Positions 48,051 through 57,453 of a stretch of DNA of 64,000 nt are shown here, piece after piece (position 1 is the first letter of the stretch; each line of letters starts with the position of its first letter). The DNA is taken from assembly GCA_008080735.1 (NCBI GenBank), contig SHMW01000012.1:20998-84997 (forward strand), given 5' to 3'. This DNA comes from Promethearchaeota archaeon (GTDB lineage: Archaea > Asgardarchaeota > Lokiarchaeia > Sigyniarchaeales > SOKP01). Under the pieces are notes generated by a model. The model was not told where the DNA came from. It saw nothing but the letters and a program-made list of their open reading frames with translations, and did not search any database. The translations under genes and the position numbers were made by a program.

Positions 48051-49142
48051 TTGAGTATAATTCAAGTGAATAATTTAAGTAAAACCTTTAACTCAAATAG
48101 TGAATCTTCTCAGCCCGTCCTTTCTGATATTAATTTTTCGGTAAGAAAAGGTGAATGTTTTACCATAATTGGGCCTAATGGAAGTGGCAAGAGTACGCTA
48201 TTAAGTATCATGGGACTATTAATCCCTCCCACCGAAGGACAAGTAATTTATAGGGATAAGGATATCACCGCATTAAGTAAGTATGAAAAGGTAATGGTGC
48301 GTAGAAACTTTTCCTTTGTTCGACAAAAACCCGTAGTTTTAGATACGTCAGTATATAATAATATTTCCTATGGTTTGAAAGTGAGAGATTTTAAGAGATC
48401 TGAGATCGATAAACGAGTGAAAGCAATAATAGACAAAGTTGGTCTTAATGGATTTGAAGATCAAAATGCGCGTTCGCTTTCTGGTGGAGAAATGCAACGA
48501 GTCGCAATTGCGATGAATTTTGTTTTAGAGCCAGAAATATATTTTTTAGATGAGGTATCTGCAAATCTCGATCCTAAAAATGTTGCATTGTTGGAGAATT
48601 TTATCAATGAAATTAAAAATACAAAAAATAAGACTATTGTTATGTCAACACACGACAAGATGGAAGCAATAAAGTTTTCTGATAGAATTGCCGTATTAAG
48701 GGACGGAAAAATATCTCAAATCGGGGATGTTAATGAGATATTCACCTCTCCCAAAGACGAGTATGCTGCGGTTTTTGTTGGATATGAAAATGTATTTTCT
48801 GGCACTGCCAAATATAATGAAACGCTACAATTGACGGAAATCCAAATAGATAACATATCCTTAAATGTTGCTGCTCAAGCGGATGGAGAGGTAAAAGCAT
48901 TGATAAAGCCAGAAAGTATAGGACTATCAAAGGAAAAAGCCTCTGAAACTAGCTATCAAAACTCGATCCATGCTACAATAACAGAAATACGTGAACTAGG
49001 AAACACATATCATATATTAGCAAAATCAGGTTCAATTGAGTTATTAGCATCAATTACCAAACTCTCTTTTCAAGAGCTAAAATTAGAGAGAGGTTCAAAT
49101 ATATATCTTAACTTTAAAGCGACTGATATAAAACTATTATAG
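48051..49142 (+). CDS. tupC: tungstate ABC transporter ATPase with TOBE domain
   Basis: GPNGSGKST, LSGGEMQR, C-terminal TOBE FKAT. Confidence 0.9.
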   Translation: MSIIQVNNLSKTFNSNSESSQPVLSDINFSVRKGECFTIIGPNGSGKSTLLSIMGLLIPPTEGQVIYRDKDITALSKYEKVMVRRNFSFVRQKPVVLDTSVYNNISYGLKVRDFKRSEIDKRVKAIIDKVGLNGFEDQNARSLSGGEMQRVAIAMNFVLEPEIYFLDEVSANLDPKNVALLENFINEIKNTKNKTIVMSTHDKMEAIKFSDRIAVLRDGKISQIGDVNEIFTSPKDEYAAVFVGYENVFSGTAKYNETLQLTEIQIDNISLNVAAQADGEVKALIKPESIGLSKEKASETSYQNSIHATITEIRELGNTYHILAKSGSIELLASITKLSFQELKLERGSNIYLNFKATDIKLL

Positions 49143-49304
49143 ATGAGTGATAGGACGATTTTATTTTTCTTTTAGAGCAGATACGTATTAATAATCTCTT
49201 CATTTTATTTTGTTTTTAGCTAATTTGGAAAATCATTATCTTTCTTAATATTATTATGAATAAAGACAAATTATTTAAGATAATTTTAAATTTCTAACAT
49301 AGGA

Positions 49305-49328
49305 CGATATGTTTTTAGTAGTATATCG
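49305..49328. promoter_or_regulatory. ModE-like palindrome 4 CGATATG-N10-TATATCG
   Basis: Lies between TTTTAAA (49284-49290) and the moaC start. Confidence 0.72.
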
Positions 49329-49351
49329 TTCAAAAATTCCTAAACAATGTT

Positions 49352-49786
49352 ATGATTGATATTTCTAATAAAAATGTTGTGATTCGAGAAGCCCGCGCAT
49401 CTGGTAAAATTGTCCTACAAGAGAGTACCATAGAAAGAATCAAAAACAACAATGTCCAGAAGGGGGATGTTATAACCATCGCGCGTATTGCGGGAACGAA
49501 CGCCGTTAAAAAGGTACCCGATTTAATTCCGCTATGTCACCCAATTCCGATAACGGGGACTTCGATAGAATTTGAATTTATAGACTCCAATACAATTAAA
49601 GTGATATGCACAGTTAAAGGTATCTGGAAAACCGGTGTAGAAATGGAGGCTTTAACGGGGCTGAATGTGGCACTCTTGAATATTTGGGATTTAGTAAAAA
49701 TGTATGAAAAAGATGAGAATGGTCAATATCCTTCCGCAAGAATAACCGACATTATAGTAGAACAAAAAATCAAAAAACCTGCCTAA
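49352..49786 (+). CDS. moaC: cyclic pyranopterin monophosphate synthase
   Basis: MIDISNK..REARA, LIPLCHP, TGVEMEAL. Confidence 0.96.
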   Translation: MIDISNKNVVIREARASGKIVLQESTIERIKNNNVQKGDVITIARIAGTNAVKKVPDLIPLCHPIPITGTSIEFEFIDSNTIKVICTVKGIWKTGVEMEALTGLNVALLNIWDLVKMYEKDENGQYPSARITDIIVEQKIKKPA

Positions 49787-49792
49787 TAAAAT

Positions 49793-50713
49793 ATGAAAGA
49801 TAAATGCGAGAGAGAAATAAAACATATCCGCCTCTCAGTAACCGAGAAGTGCGAATATAATTGTATATATTGCGATAAAGAGGGATTTATTCCTAAGAAT
49901 AATGAGCTCAGTGTTAATGAAATAATCAAATTAACTCGTTTACTCGCCGAGGTTTTGGAAGTGTCTCGGATAAAACTTACGGGGGGCGAACCGCTCTGTC
50001 GTGAAGAGATAGTCGAAATTGTTCAAGGCATCAAAGATTTAGGTTTGTATGATGATATTTCTATGACCACTAACGGATATTTGCTCCTTGAAAAAGCTGA
50101 AGCCCTTCATAATGCGGGATTGGATAGAATTAATGTCTCCTTACCGTCTCTGAATCGTGAGAGCTATAAAAAAATAACGGGCTCAGATGGGTTAAATAGA
50201 GTTATACAAGGTATTAAGAAGGCAACCCAAGTAGGATTAATTCCGATTAAAATAAATTATGTCGTGCTCAAGGGAATAAACGACACTGAATTAGAGAATA
50301 TGATTGAATTTTCGGCGAAAAATAATGTAGTTTTACAATTAATTGAGCTTCATGCACGATCTGATGCTGTGGGAAAACAAAAAGAATTTTATGAGCGATA
50401 TCATGTCGATTTAGAGGAGAAGATTTATGAACTCGAAGACAGGGCGTTTGACGTAAAAGTCCGAGGGACAATGCAAAATCGTAAGGTGATTTTTTTGCCA
50501 AATGGCGCGATTATTGAGGCAATTCATCCAGGTCACGATTTTTGTATGGGATGTACCAAACTTCGGGTTGGCTGCGATGGAAATGTGTTCGGGTGTTTAT
50601 ATCGAGCCGATTCTGGCAAGAATGTGAAAGACGACCTACAAGGGGAATGTTCTGTAGCCCAATTCAGAAATGCTATAAAACATGTTGTACATTCTCGGGA
50701 ACCTTATTATTAG
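49793..50713 (+). CDS. moaA: GTP 3',8-cyclase (radical SAM)
   Basis: CxxxCxxC, TGGEP, FCxxC.KLR...G...GCL. Confidence 0.95.
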   Translation: MKDKCEREIKHIRLSVTEKCEYNCIYCDKEGFIPKNNELSVNEIIKLTRLLAEVLEVSRIKLTGGEPLCREEIVEIVQGIKDLGLYDDISMTTNGYLLLEKAEALHNAGLDRINVSLPSLNRESYKKITGSDGLNRVIQGIKKATQVGLIPIKINYVVLKGINDTELENMIEFSAKNNVVLQLIELHARSDAVGKQKEFYERYHVDLEEKIYELEDRAFDVKVRGTMQNRKVIFLPNGAIIEAIHPGHDFCMGCTKLRVGCDGNVFGCLYRADSGKNVKDDLQGECSVAQFRNAIKHVVHSREPYY

Positions 50714-50731
50714 AATAGAGGTGTTGTAAAC

Positions 50732-51013
50732 TTGGTTGAAGTGTTATATTTTGCTGATTTTAAAAGCATCACGAATAAAGAGAAAGAACATTTCAATTTG
50801 CATGAAAAAAAATCGCTGATGGACTTAGTGAGGCAACTTACTGACAAATATCCGAAACTTGGACAAATTCTTTTGGATCCAAATCATCAAGAAATTAAAA
50901 AAACAATCTCGATTGCGATCAATCACTCTATCATAGATCGCCATGAAATAGATACATATAAACTTGAAAATGAAGATAAAGTTGCATTTTTATTACCAGT
51001 CTCCGGAGGTTAA
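50732..51013 (+). CDS. moaD: MoaD/SAMP ubiquitin-like sulfur carrier
   Basis: VLYFA, C-terminal PVSGG. Confidence 0.92.
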   Translation: MVEVLYFADFKSITNKEKEHFNLHEKKSLMDLVRQLTDKYPKLGQILLDPNHQEIKKTISIAINHSIIDRHEIDTYKLENEDKVAFLLPVSGG

Positions 51014-51022
51014 ATAAGAAAC

Positions 51023-51469
51023 ATGAGTAGAGAAGGCAAAGCAATTGAATCAGGAATTTATCAGAAAGGTGAGGTAAATTTTCCGATGATTATTGAGGCA
51101 ATCAAGACCAACAAAGAAATAAAGAAAGCGGGTTCAATATTATCCTTCAATGGAATTGTTCGAGAGACCGCAAAAGACGGTCAACCTGTAGAGGGTCTTA
51201 CCATTGATGCCTACACCGAGTTAGCAAACGAATCAATCGAAAAAATTTGTAGCGAGATTACGCAAATGGAAGGAATTATTGATATAAAGATTATTCATCT
51301 AAAGGGAAAATTTGATATCTCCGAGGATCTGGTGTATGTTGTAGTCGCATCTGCTCATCGAGATGAGGGTTTTGAAGCTCTAAGGACGGCAGTGGAGCGT
51401 TATAAATCCGAAATCGAAGTATGGAAACGAGAAGAGCTCTTAGATGGTTCTTCAGAATGGACTCATTAA
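51023..51469 (+). CDS. moaE: molybdopterin synthase catalytic subunit
   Basis: F.GIVR, SAHR..F, K....WKRE. Confidence 0.93.
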   Translation: MSREGKAIESGIYQKGEVNFPMIIEAIKTNKEIKKAGSILSFNGIVRETAKDGQPVEGLTIDAYTELANESIEKICSEITQMEGIIDIKIIHLKGKFDISEDLVYVVVASAHRDEGFEALRTAVERYKSEIEVWKREELLDGSSEWTH

Positions 51470-51532
51470 AATCCCAAGATCTTAATATATTATAAGTAGA
51501 AGATATAAATCTATTTGTCAAATATATTCTAA

Positions 51533-52783
51533 ATAGAACGTTTAAGGCGATTCAAGATTAAATTTTTAAAAACTATTTCTGTGGATAAATTTAGAACTCT
51601 TCTAAAAGAATTACCTGCATTAGAATTGGGAGTCGAACAGCTTGATTTAGAACAGAGCTTTAACAGAAAGATAGCAGAAGATATCAAAAGCCCAATTGAT
51701 GTGCCGCATTTTCGTAAATCTCGTATGGATGGGTTTGCGGTACGAGCACAAGATACATTCGGGGCGGAAGAGGATAATTTGATTCCACTCACGCAAGTTG
51801 AGGTTATTGAAGCGGGTGATATCCCACAAAAATCGCTAAAAGAAGGACAATGCGCATATGTCGCTACTGGTGCTGCAATTCCCGAAGGGGCGGATGCAGT
51901 GGTTATGGTGGAATATTCCGAAAAGAAAGATGACAAAATTCTCATATCGAAAGCAGTCACCCCTACAACTCATATAGTAGAGATTGGACACGATGTGAAT
52001 AGGGGAGATATAATAATAGAAAAGAACACTCTAATTGACCTTCCTACGATGGGGATTCTCGCGGCATGTGGAATTACGACTGTCCCGGTATACCAAAAAC
52101 CGAAAATAAGCTTAATGAGTACTGGGAGCGAACTTGTGACTCATAAAGTTTCAGAATTAGAGGTTGGACAGATCTACGACATCAATTCAATTGTGTTAAA
52201 ACAAGCGATATCAAATACAGGTTCGGAAGTAGATTACCTTGGAATTGTGAAGGATCATTTTGAGGAATTGAAGCATAGAATCGATCAAGGTCTCAAAGAA
52301 AACGATATTGTGATTTTATCTGGCGGGACTTCAAAGGGTGAAGGTGATTTAGGCGTACGAGTGTTAGATACTTTCGAAAATATCGAAGTTCAAGTACACG
52401 GAATCAAGATTAAGCCTGGGAAACCGCTAATTTTTGCAAAACTCGAAAAGAAAATTATTTTCATCCTTCCGGGATATCCAACCTCCGCCTTAAGTTGTTT
52501 CTATGTGTTCATTGATGATTTTTTACGTCGATTGTCGGGATATCCACTAAGAGCTAAAAATGCAGAAGAATTAGAACTCGGGGAACGGATTTACAGCCCT
52601 ATAGGGAGATATCATTTTAAGGCGGTCGAGTTGAGGGATGTTGACGGCGTGCGGAAGATCTTCCCTATCAAAACGGGCTCAGAAGCCATCAGCACCTTGT
52701 TCTATTCGGATGGCTACATTGAAATTGAAGAATTAGAAGAAATAGTAGAAAAAGGAGACAAAAAAGTCTTTTATACATATTAA
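51533..52783 (+). CDS. moeA: molybdopterin molybdo/tungstotransferase (copy 1); probable ATA start at 51533 (track start 51581)
   Basis: SRMDGFAV, TGAAIPEGADAV, SGGTSKG, KPGKP, LPGYP. Confidence 0.93.
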   Translation: MERLRRFKIKFLKTISVDKFRTLLKELPALELGVEQLDLEQSFNRKIAEDIKSPIDVPHFRKSRMDGFAVRAQDTFGAEEDNLIPLTQVEVIEAGDIPQKSLKEGQCAYVATGAAIPEGADAVVMVEYSEKKDDKILISKAVTPTTHIVEIGHDVNRGDIIIEKNTLIDLPTMGILAACGITTVPVYQKPKISLMSTGSELVTHKVSELEVGQIYDINSIVLKQAISNTGSEVDYLGIVKDHFEELKHRIDQGLKENDIVILSGGTSKGEGDLGVRVLDTFENIEVQVHGIKIKPGKPLIFAKLEKKIIFILPGYPTSALSCFYVFIDDFLRRLSGYPLRAKNAEELELGERIYSPIGRYHFKAVELRDVDGVRKIFPIKTGSEAISTLFYSDGYIEIEELEEIVEKGDKKVFYTY

Positions 52784-52813
52784 TTACTTCGTTTAGAGGT
52801 TGATCAAAAAATT

Positions 52814-53356
52814 ATGAAAGTACATGAAGAACATAAGCATGAGGCGGATAAGAAGAAAAAATTGAGAATTGCGCTCATTATTGTCAGCACTTCGAGGTTC
52901 GAAGAATTGGAAACCCAAAAGGAAACTACTGATGAGACCATCCCTTTGGTTCAAGAACTACTCTATAAAGAAGCAAAAATCTCGCTCAAAGAAACTATGA
53001 TTATTCCGGATTCAGCGGATCATGTTGAGGCCGCTTTAATCGACTATTTAGAAGATAAGAATATTGATGCTATCATCTATAGCGGAGGTACGGGATTATC
53101 ACCAAAAGATATCACCTATGAGACAATTAAGCCAAAATTCGAAAAGATCATTCCCGGATTTGGGGAATTGTTTCGATATCTCTCATATAAAGAGATTGGC
53201 TCATCTGCGATGCTTTCAAGGGCGATTGGCGGCAAAATCGGCAATAAGGCAGTATTTTTGTTGCCCGGATCTCCTAATGCGGTTAAGTTGGCATTAAGTG
53301 ATCTCATTTTACCTGAACTGGCCCATATGTCATATTTAATTACCAAAAAAGAGTGA
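52814..53356 (+). CDS. moaB: molybdopterin adenylyltransferase (MoaB/MogA family)
   Basis: GGTGLSPKDIT, PGFGELFR, AMLSRA, LPGSP. Confidence 0.94.
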   Translation: MKVHEEHKHEADKKKKLRIALIIVSTSRFEELETQKETTDETIPLVQELLYKEAKISLKETMIIPDSADHVEAALIDYLEDKNIDAIIYSGGTGLSPKDITYETIKPKFEKIIPGFGELFRYLSYKEIGSSAMLSRAIGGKIGNKAVFLLPGSPNAVKLALSDLILPELAHMSYLITKKE

Positions 53357-54618
53357 GGAGTATGGTCGAGCGACTTAGAAAAATAGGATTTGCGAAACTC
53401 ACATCTGTAGAAGATGCCTTAGAAAAATTGTTTTCCAACATAAAATTTCTAGAGGGCGAGAGCATTGAGACACCGAAGGCTTTAAACCGGATCATTTCTG
53501 ATGATATAAAGAGTCAAATAAATGTACCTGGGTTTGATAAATCAGCCATGGATGGCTATGCCGTGTTTGCTGAAGATACCTTCGGAGCGTCTACAAGTAA
53601 TCCGAAATATGTCAAAAAAGTTGGGAAAATAGAAATTGGAGAGGATTCCGATTTGGAACTTAAAAAAGGCGAAGCTATACGTATTTCCACCGGCGCAATG
53701 ATTCCCAACGGAGCGGATGCCGTAGTCAAGATTGAAGACACAGATATTGACGAGAATGATAAGATTAGTATTTTTAATCCCGTGGCCCCCGGTAAAAACG
53801 TGGCAAAAGAGGGAGAGGATATTCAAAAAGGTAATGTAATTCTCGAGAAAGGCACGGAACTAAAAGCGGAACATATAGCCCTCCTCTGTTCCCAAGGAAT
53901 AGATAAGATCGAGGTTCGGAAGAAACCGAACATATCTGTGTTTGCTACAGGTGATGAATTAGTCGAGATTGGCAACCCCTTAGGGAAAAGCCAGATTTAT
54001 AATTCCAACACTCCAATGATCGCCAACTTAGTTCGAACCTATGGTGGAGAAGTTGTTTTGGAAACTACACTTAAGGACGATAAATCTATTATTATTCAAA
54101 ATTTAAATGAGGCTCTGAAAAATTCAGATATCGTACTATTTACAGGTGGCACGTCTGTCGGTACGCAAGATTATCTTCCCGAAGTAGTCAATGATCATGC
54201 GGAAATTCTTACTCACGGCGTTGCCATGCGACCTGGAGAGCCAATCTTAATGGCGCATAAGAACGATAAGTTAATATTCTGCTTGCCCGGTACTCCCGTC
54301 GCAGCATATGTAGGGTTTATTAAATTTGCAGGTCCCGCACTCCGTAAGATGATGGATGCTAAAAATACCGATCCCAGGAAAGAGCTCATCGCCGAGATGG
54401 ATAAAGATATACCGGTGTCTCGAATGGGATATCTCCATTACTTAAGGGTTCAATTGGAACGGAAAGAGGAAGATAAGATTATTGCAAGTTCAGTTCGATT
54501 AAAGGGTTCCGGGATTATAACTTCACTAACTAAAAGTGATGGAATCGTAGAAATCTCAAAAGAGCAAGAAGGGATAAAAGCTGGAGAAAAAGTAATAGTA
54601 AAAATTCTACCAAGCTGA
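53353..54618 (+). CDS. moeA: molybdopterin molybdo/tungstotransferase (copy 2)
   Basis: SAMDGYAV, TGA.IP.GADAV, GGTSVG, LPGTP; start may be ATG at 53362. Confidence 0.94.
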   Translation: MRSMVERLRKIGFAKLTSVEDALEKLFSNIKFLEGESIETPKALNRIISDDIKSQINVPGFDKSAMDGYAVFAEDTFGASTSNPKYVKKVGKIEIGEDSDLELKKGEAIRISTGAMIPNGADAVVKIEDTDIDENDKISIFNPVAPGKNVAKEGEDIQKGNVILEKGTELKAEHIALLCSQGIDKIEVRKKPNISVFATGDELVEIGNPLGKSQIYNSNTPMIANLVRTYGGEVVLETTLKDDKSIIIQNLNEALKNSDIVLFTGGTSVGTQDYLPEVVNDHAEILTHGVAMRPGEPILMAHKNDKLIFCLPGTPVAAYVGFIKFAGPALRKMMDAKNTDPRKELIAEMDKDIPVSRMGYLHYLRVQLERKEEDKIIASSVRLKGSGIITSLTKSDGIVEISKEQEGIKAGEKVIVKILPS

Positions 54619-55045
54619 TCTAACTATTTCGAGTTAATAATTTCCATAGATTTACATTATTTTTATTCAATGGAATTTTTAATCGACTGTCTCCTTTTCA
54701 TGAGAGAGTAACTCATTAATTTTCCTTTCGAGCATAGGTATTTTGGTTTTTAATACTTCCCAAACAATATCATAATCCACATTAAAATATAATGTTAAGA
54801 TCTCCCAAATAATCCTTAATCAATGCTTCTACATTTTTATTGCAATTAATTTCACGAAATTTGTTCATTTTTATTTTAGTTTCTTTCAAGATTTCAATAT
54901 TAATTATTGGTATTTTTCTATTAAAAGATAAATCTCTCTCACTATTATTATTTAATCAACCTAAAATATTGAATAGAGTATAAAAAATTGTGATTCTATA
55001 AAACATATAAATCAATTTTTTTTGAGATGCTTCATTTAAAAAAAT

Positions 55046-55924
55046 GTGGGAAATATGGTCAAATCTGTTGAAGCCATTAAGGAAATACAAGAAAAATTTT
55101 CAATCATCGGAAGAGAAGATGAATTAAAAAAGATTATTCTGGCACATTCTATCGGCAAAAATATCTTGATTGAGGGTGAAGTTGGTGTTGGTAAGACCAC
55201 GCTTGCGCGTGGAGTTGCGTCTTATTTTGATGCTGATTTTTACCGTATCGATTGTAGTGAAGATACGTTAACTCATAACCTCGTCGGCTATTGGGACCCT
55301 CCGTTAGTAATTTCAAAGGGATATGTCGAGGATTCCTATCGATATGGACCTTTAGCTTCTGCCATGCTCGATGGAGGCTGTCTTTTTATCAATGAAATTA
55401 ATCGGATGCCAGAGATTACTCAAAATGCACTTCTGACTGCATTAGATGAGAAGATTTTGAAAATTCCGAAACTTAAAACCATTCATGCCTCGAAGGATTT
55501 CTTCACCATCGCGACCCTAAATCCATCAGCTCATATCGGAGTCACGGTTTTGGGAGAAGCTATAAAGGACAGATTCGTCTGGATTAAGTTGGATTATCAG
55601 AAACCTGAAGAAGAGCGACAAATCATTATTCAGGAAGCGGAATTAAATAGCGGAAATGCGGATGATTTGGCGATGCTGTCTCAAAGGATTATTCACCAAA
55701 CCCGAAATAATACCTCTATTCGCAGAGGCAGTTCCATTCGTGGTGGGATCGATTTAGCGGCGATCATGAATCAGCATGATGATATCAAGAGCTCTAAGAA
55801 CTGGGTTGAGGCGGCGATCATGGCGTTATATAATAAAATAGAGCTCGAGGATGGCATCTCACGGACTAAACCAGAGGTAATCTCTGAAATTGTTCTGGCA
55901 GTGCTAAACAATTCGGATTTTTAA
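55046..55924 (+). CDS. MoxR-family AAA+ ATPase
   Basis: GEVGVGKT, FINEINR, QNALL, ATLNP, DRF, SIRG. Confidence 0.92.
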   Translation: MGNMVKSVEAIKEIQEKFSIIGREDELKKIILAHSIGKNILIEGEVGVGKTTLARGVASYFDADFYRIDCSEDTLTHNLVGYWDPPLVISKGYVEDSYRYGPLASAMLDGGCLFINEINRMPEITQNALLTALDEKILKIPKLKTIHASKDFFTIATLNPSAHIGVTVLGEAIKDRFVWIKLDYQKPEEERQIIIQEAELNSGNADDLAMLSQRIIHQTRNNTSIRRGSSIRGGIDLAAIMNQHDDIKSSKNWVEAAIMALYNKIELEDGISRTKPEVISEIVLAVLNNSDF

Positions 55925-55967
55925 TAATCGATGATTTCTCTGAGGTCGACACCGAGGAGGAGGAGAA
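55915..55967 (+). other. candidate -1 programmed frameshift signal (G_GAU_UUU_UAA plus downstream structure)
   Basis: Slippery run at the MoxR stop; the -1 frame is open into the VWA gene. Confidence 0.55.
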
Positions 55968-55995
55968 GGCTAAGCGCTTACAAGTCAAAAAAACA

Positions 55996-57042
55996 ATGGT
56001 TCCAACCGATAAGGAGATTTTAAAATATGAAATAATCAAAAAAAAGAAGAAAAAACCCGATTATTACGAGCATATGGCCCACAGTCTTGATTACAAAGAA
56101 ATAAAAGATCTAACCTATTTAGCTATTGAACATAAAAACTTAGAAGCGATCCGCGGGATGCTTAAATCCAATGTATATGCCGCAACCGATGCATTAGACT
56201 GTCGGGAAGGTGTGGAATTTTTTTCAGAAAAAGCAGAAGAGGCGCCCGAGGTTATGCCTGAGATCTACTTTTTTATCCGGCGTCCTATTTCTGAAAAATA
56301 TAAACGGATTTTTCGCCGTTTAGCCCGACAGAGTATTCTTCGCACGTCCCTTAAAATCACAAGTCGGGGATTACGTGGATATAAAAAGAAAACAGTGCCA
56401 TATTACCATTTAGGAATGGCTGATTTCGATTTAGATGAAACCATACAGCACAATCCGCTAAAGATTCGTGAAAAAACGCTTAATTATCAAGATATTTACG
56501 GAATAAAGCGACAGAGAGAAAAAAGAAAAGTGGCTTTAGTGCTCGATACGAGCGGAAGTATGTATGGCAGACTTCTCCTTAATGCTGCTCTTACTACTTC
56601 TGTTCTTGCATACAATATGGAAAAAGAAGATTTCTCAATTATCCTATTTAATTCGACTGCAATGGTCTTGAAGGATATGAAAGAGGAAAAAGAAGTGGAG
56701 AAGATTGTCGATGAGATACTGGATTCAGAGGCAGTTGGGTTTACAAATATTCACATAGGCCTTGATAAAGGGCTCAAACAATTACAAAAAGTGAAGCGAA
56801 AAGCTAAAAATCAGTTCGGGATATTGATTTCGGACGGAAATTATAACAGAGGCGAAAATCCCATAAAGCTTGCCAGAAAATTTCCTAAACTCCACGTGAT
56901 TGGAATGCCCCCTGATAACGATGCGGATAGAGGAATTGAGATGTGTAAAGAGATCGCGAAAGCGGGAGGCGGAAAGTTCTATGCGGTTAATGATTTCAAA
57001 GAAATCCCTCGCGCTTTAATTGAACTTCTTTCTCAAACGTGA
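55996..57042 (+). CDS. VWA-domain protein (CoxE/ChlD-C-like); frame is open upstream to 55888
   Basis: MIDAS DTSGSM, TNI..GL, ISDG. Confidence 0.92.
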   Translation: MVPTDKEILKYEIIKKKKKKPDYYEHMAHSLDYKEIKDLTYLAIEHKNLEAIRGMLKSNVYAATDALDCREGVEFFSEKAEEAPEVMPEIYFFIRRPISEKYKRIFRRLARQSILRTSLKITSRGLRGYKKKTVPYYHLGMADFDLDETIQHNPLKIREKTLNYQDIYGIKRQREKRKVALVLDTSGSMYGRLLLNAALTTSVLAYNMEKEDFSIILFNSTAMVLKDMKEEKEVEKIVDEILDSEAVGFTNIHIGLDKGLKQLQKVKRKAKNQFGILISDGNYNRGENPIKLARKFPKLHVIGMPPDNDADRGIEMCKEIAKAGGGKFYAVNDFKEIPRALIELLSQT

Positions 57043-57453
57043 GCTATACTAGTTTTTATTTTTAAATCCATGCCTATATGAAAAACTTCCTTTTGGATTT
57101 ATTCGACTGTTATTCCCGCACTTAATCAAACCGTGAGTTTAATGAAAGACCCGATCTATCGGATTGATGTGGCTCATACTTCAATGGGATATTCGCAAGT
57201 GCCGACAACGAGTTATATTCTTTCAAATTGATCCCAAAGATTGATAATTTTTACGTTAATCGAAATATTTACTAAAGATTCTATTCAAATCAATTTTAAA
57301 TCCCACGGATAATTCTAAATGTGTCATTATACAATTTCACGATTTTCCCATTTTGGAAAGACTTTAAAGTATCTATTGTTATTACATTACTACGAATTTG
57401 TAGAATAAATCAAATTCAGTGTATAAGGATATTTTAATAGAAACTTGACTTAA

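Noticed and set aside
57060-57235. Slightly GC-richer intergenic stretch with short ORFs
   Set aside because: Only ORFs of about 30 codons or fewer, with no recognisable motif or stable structure
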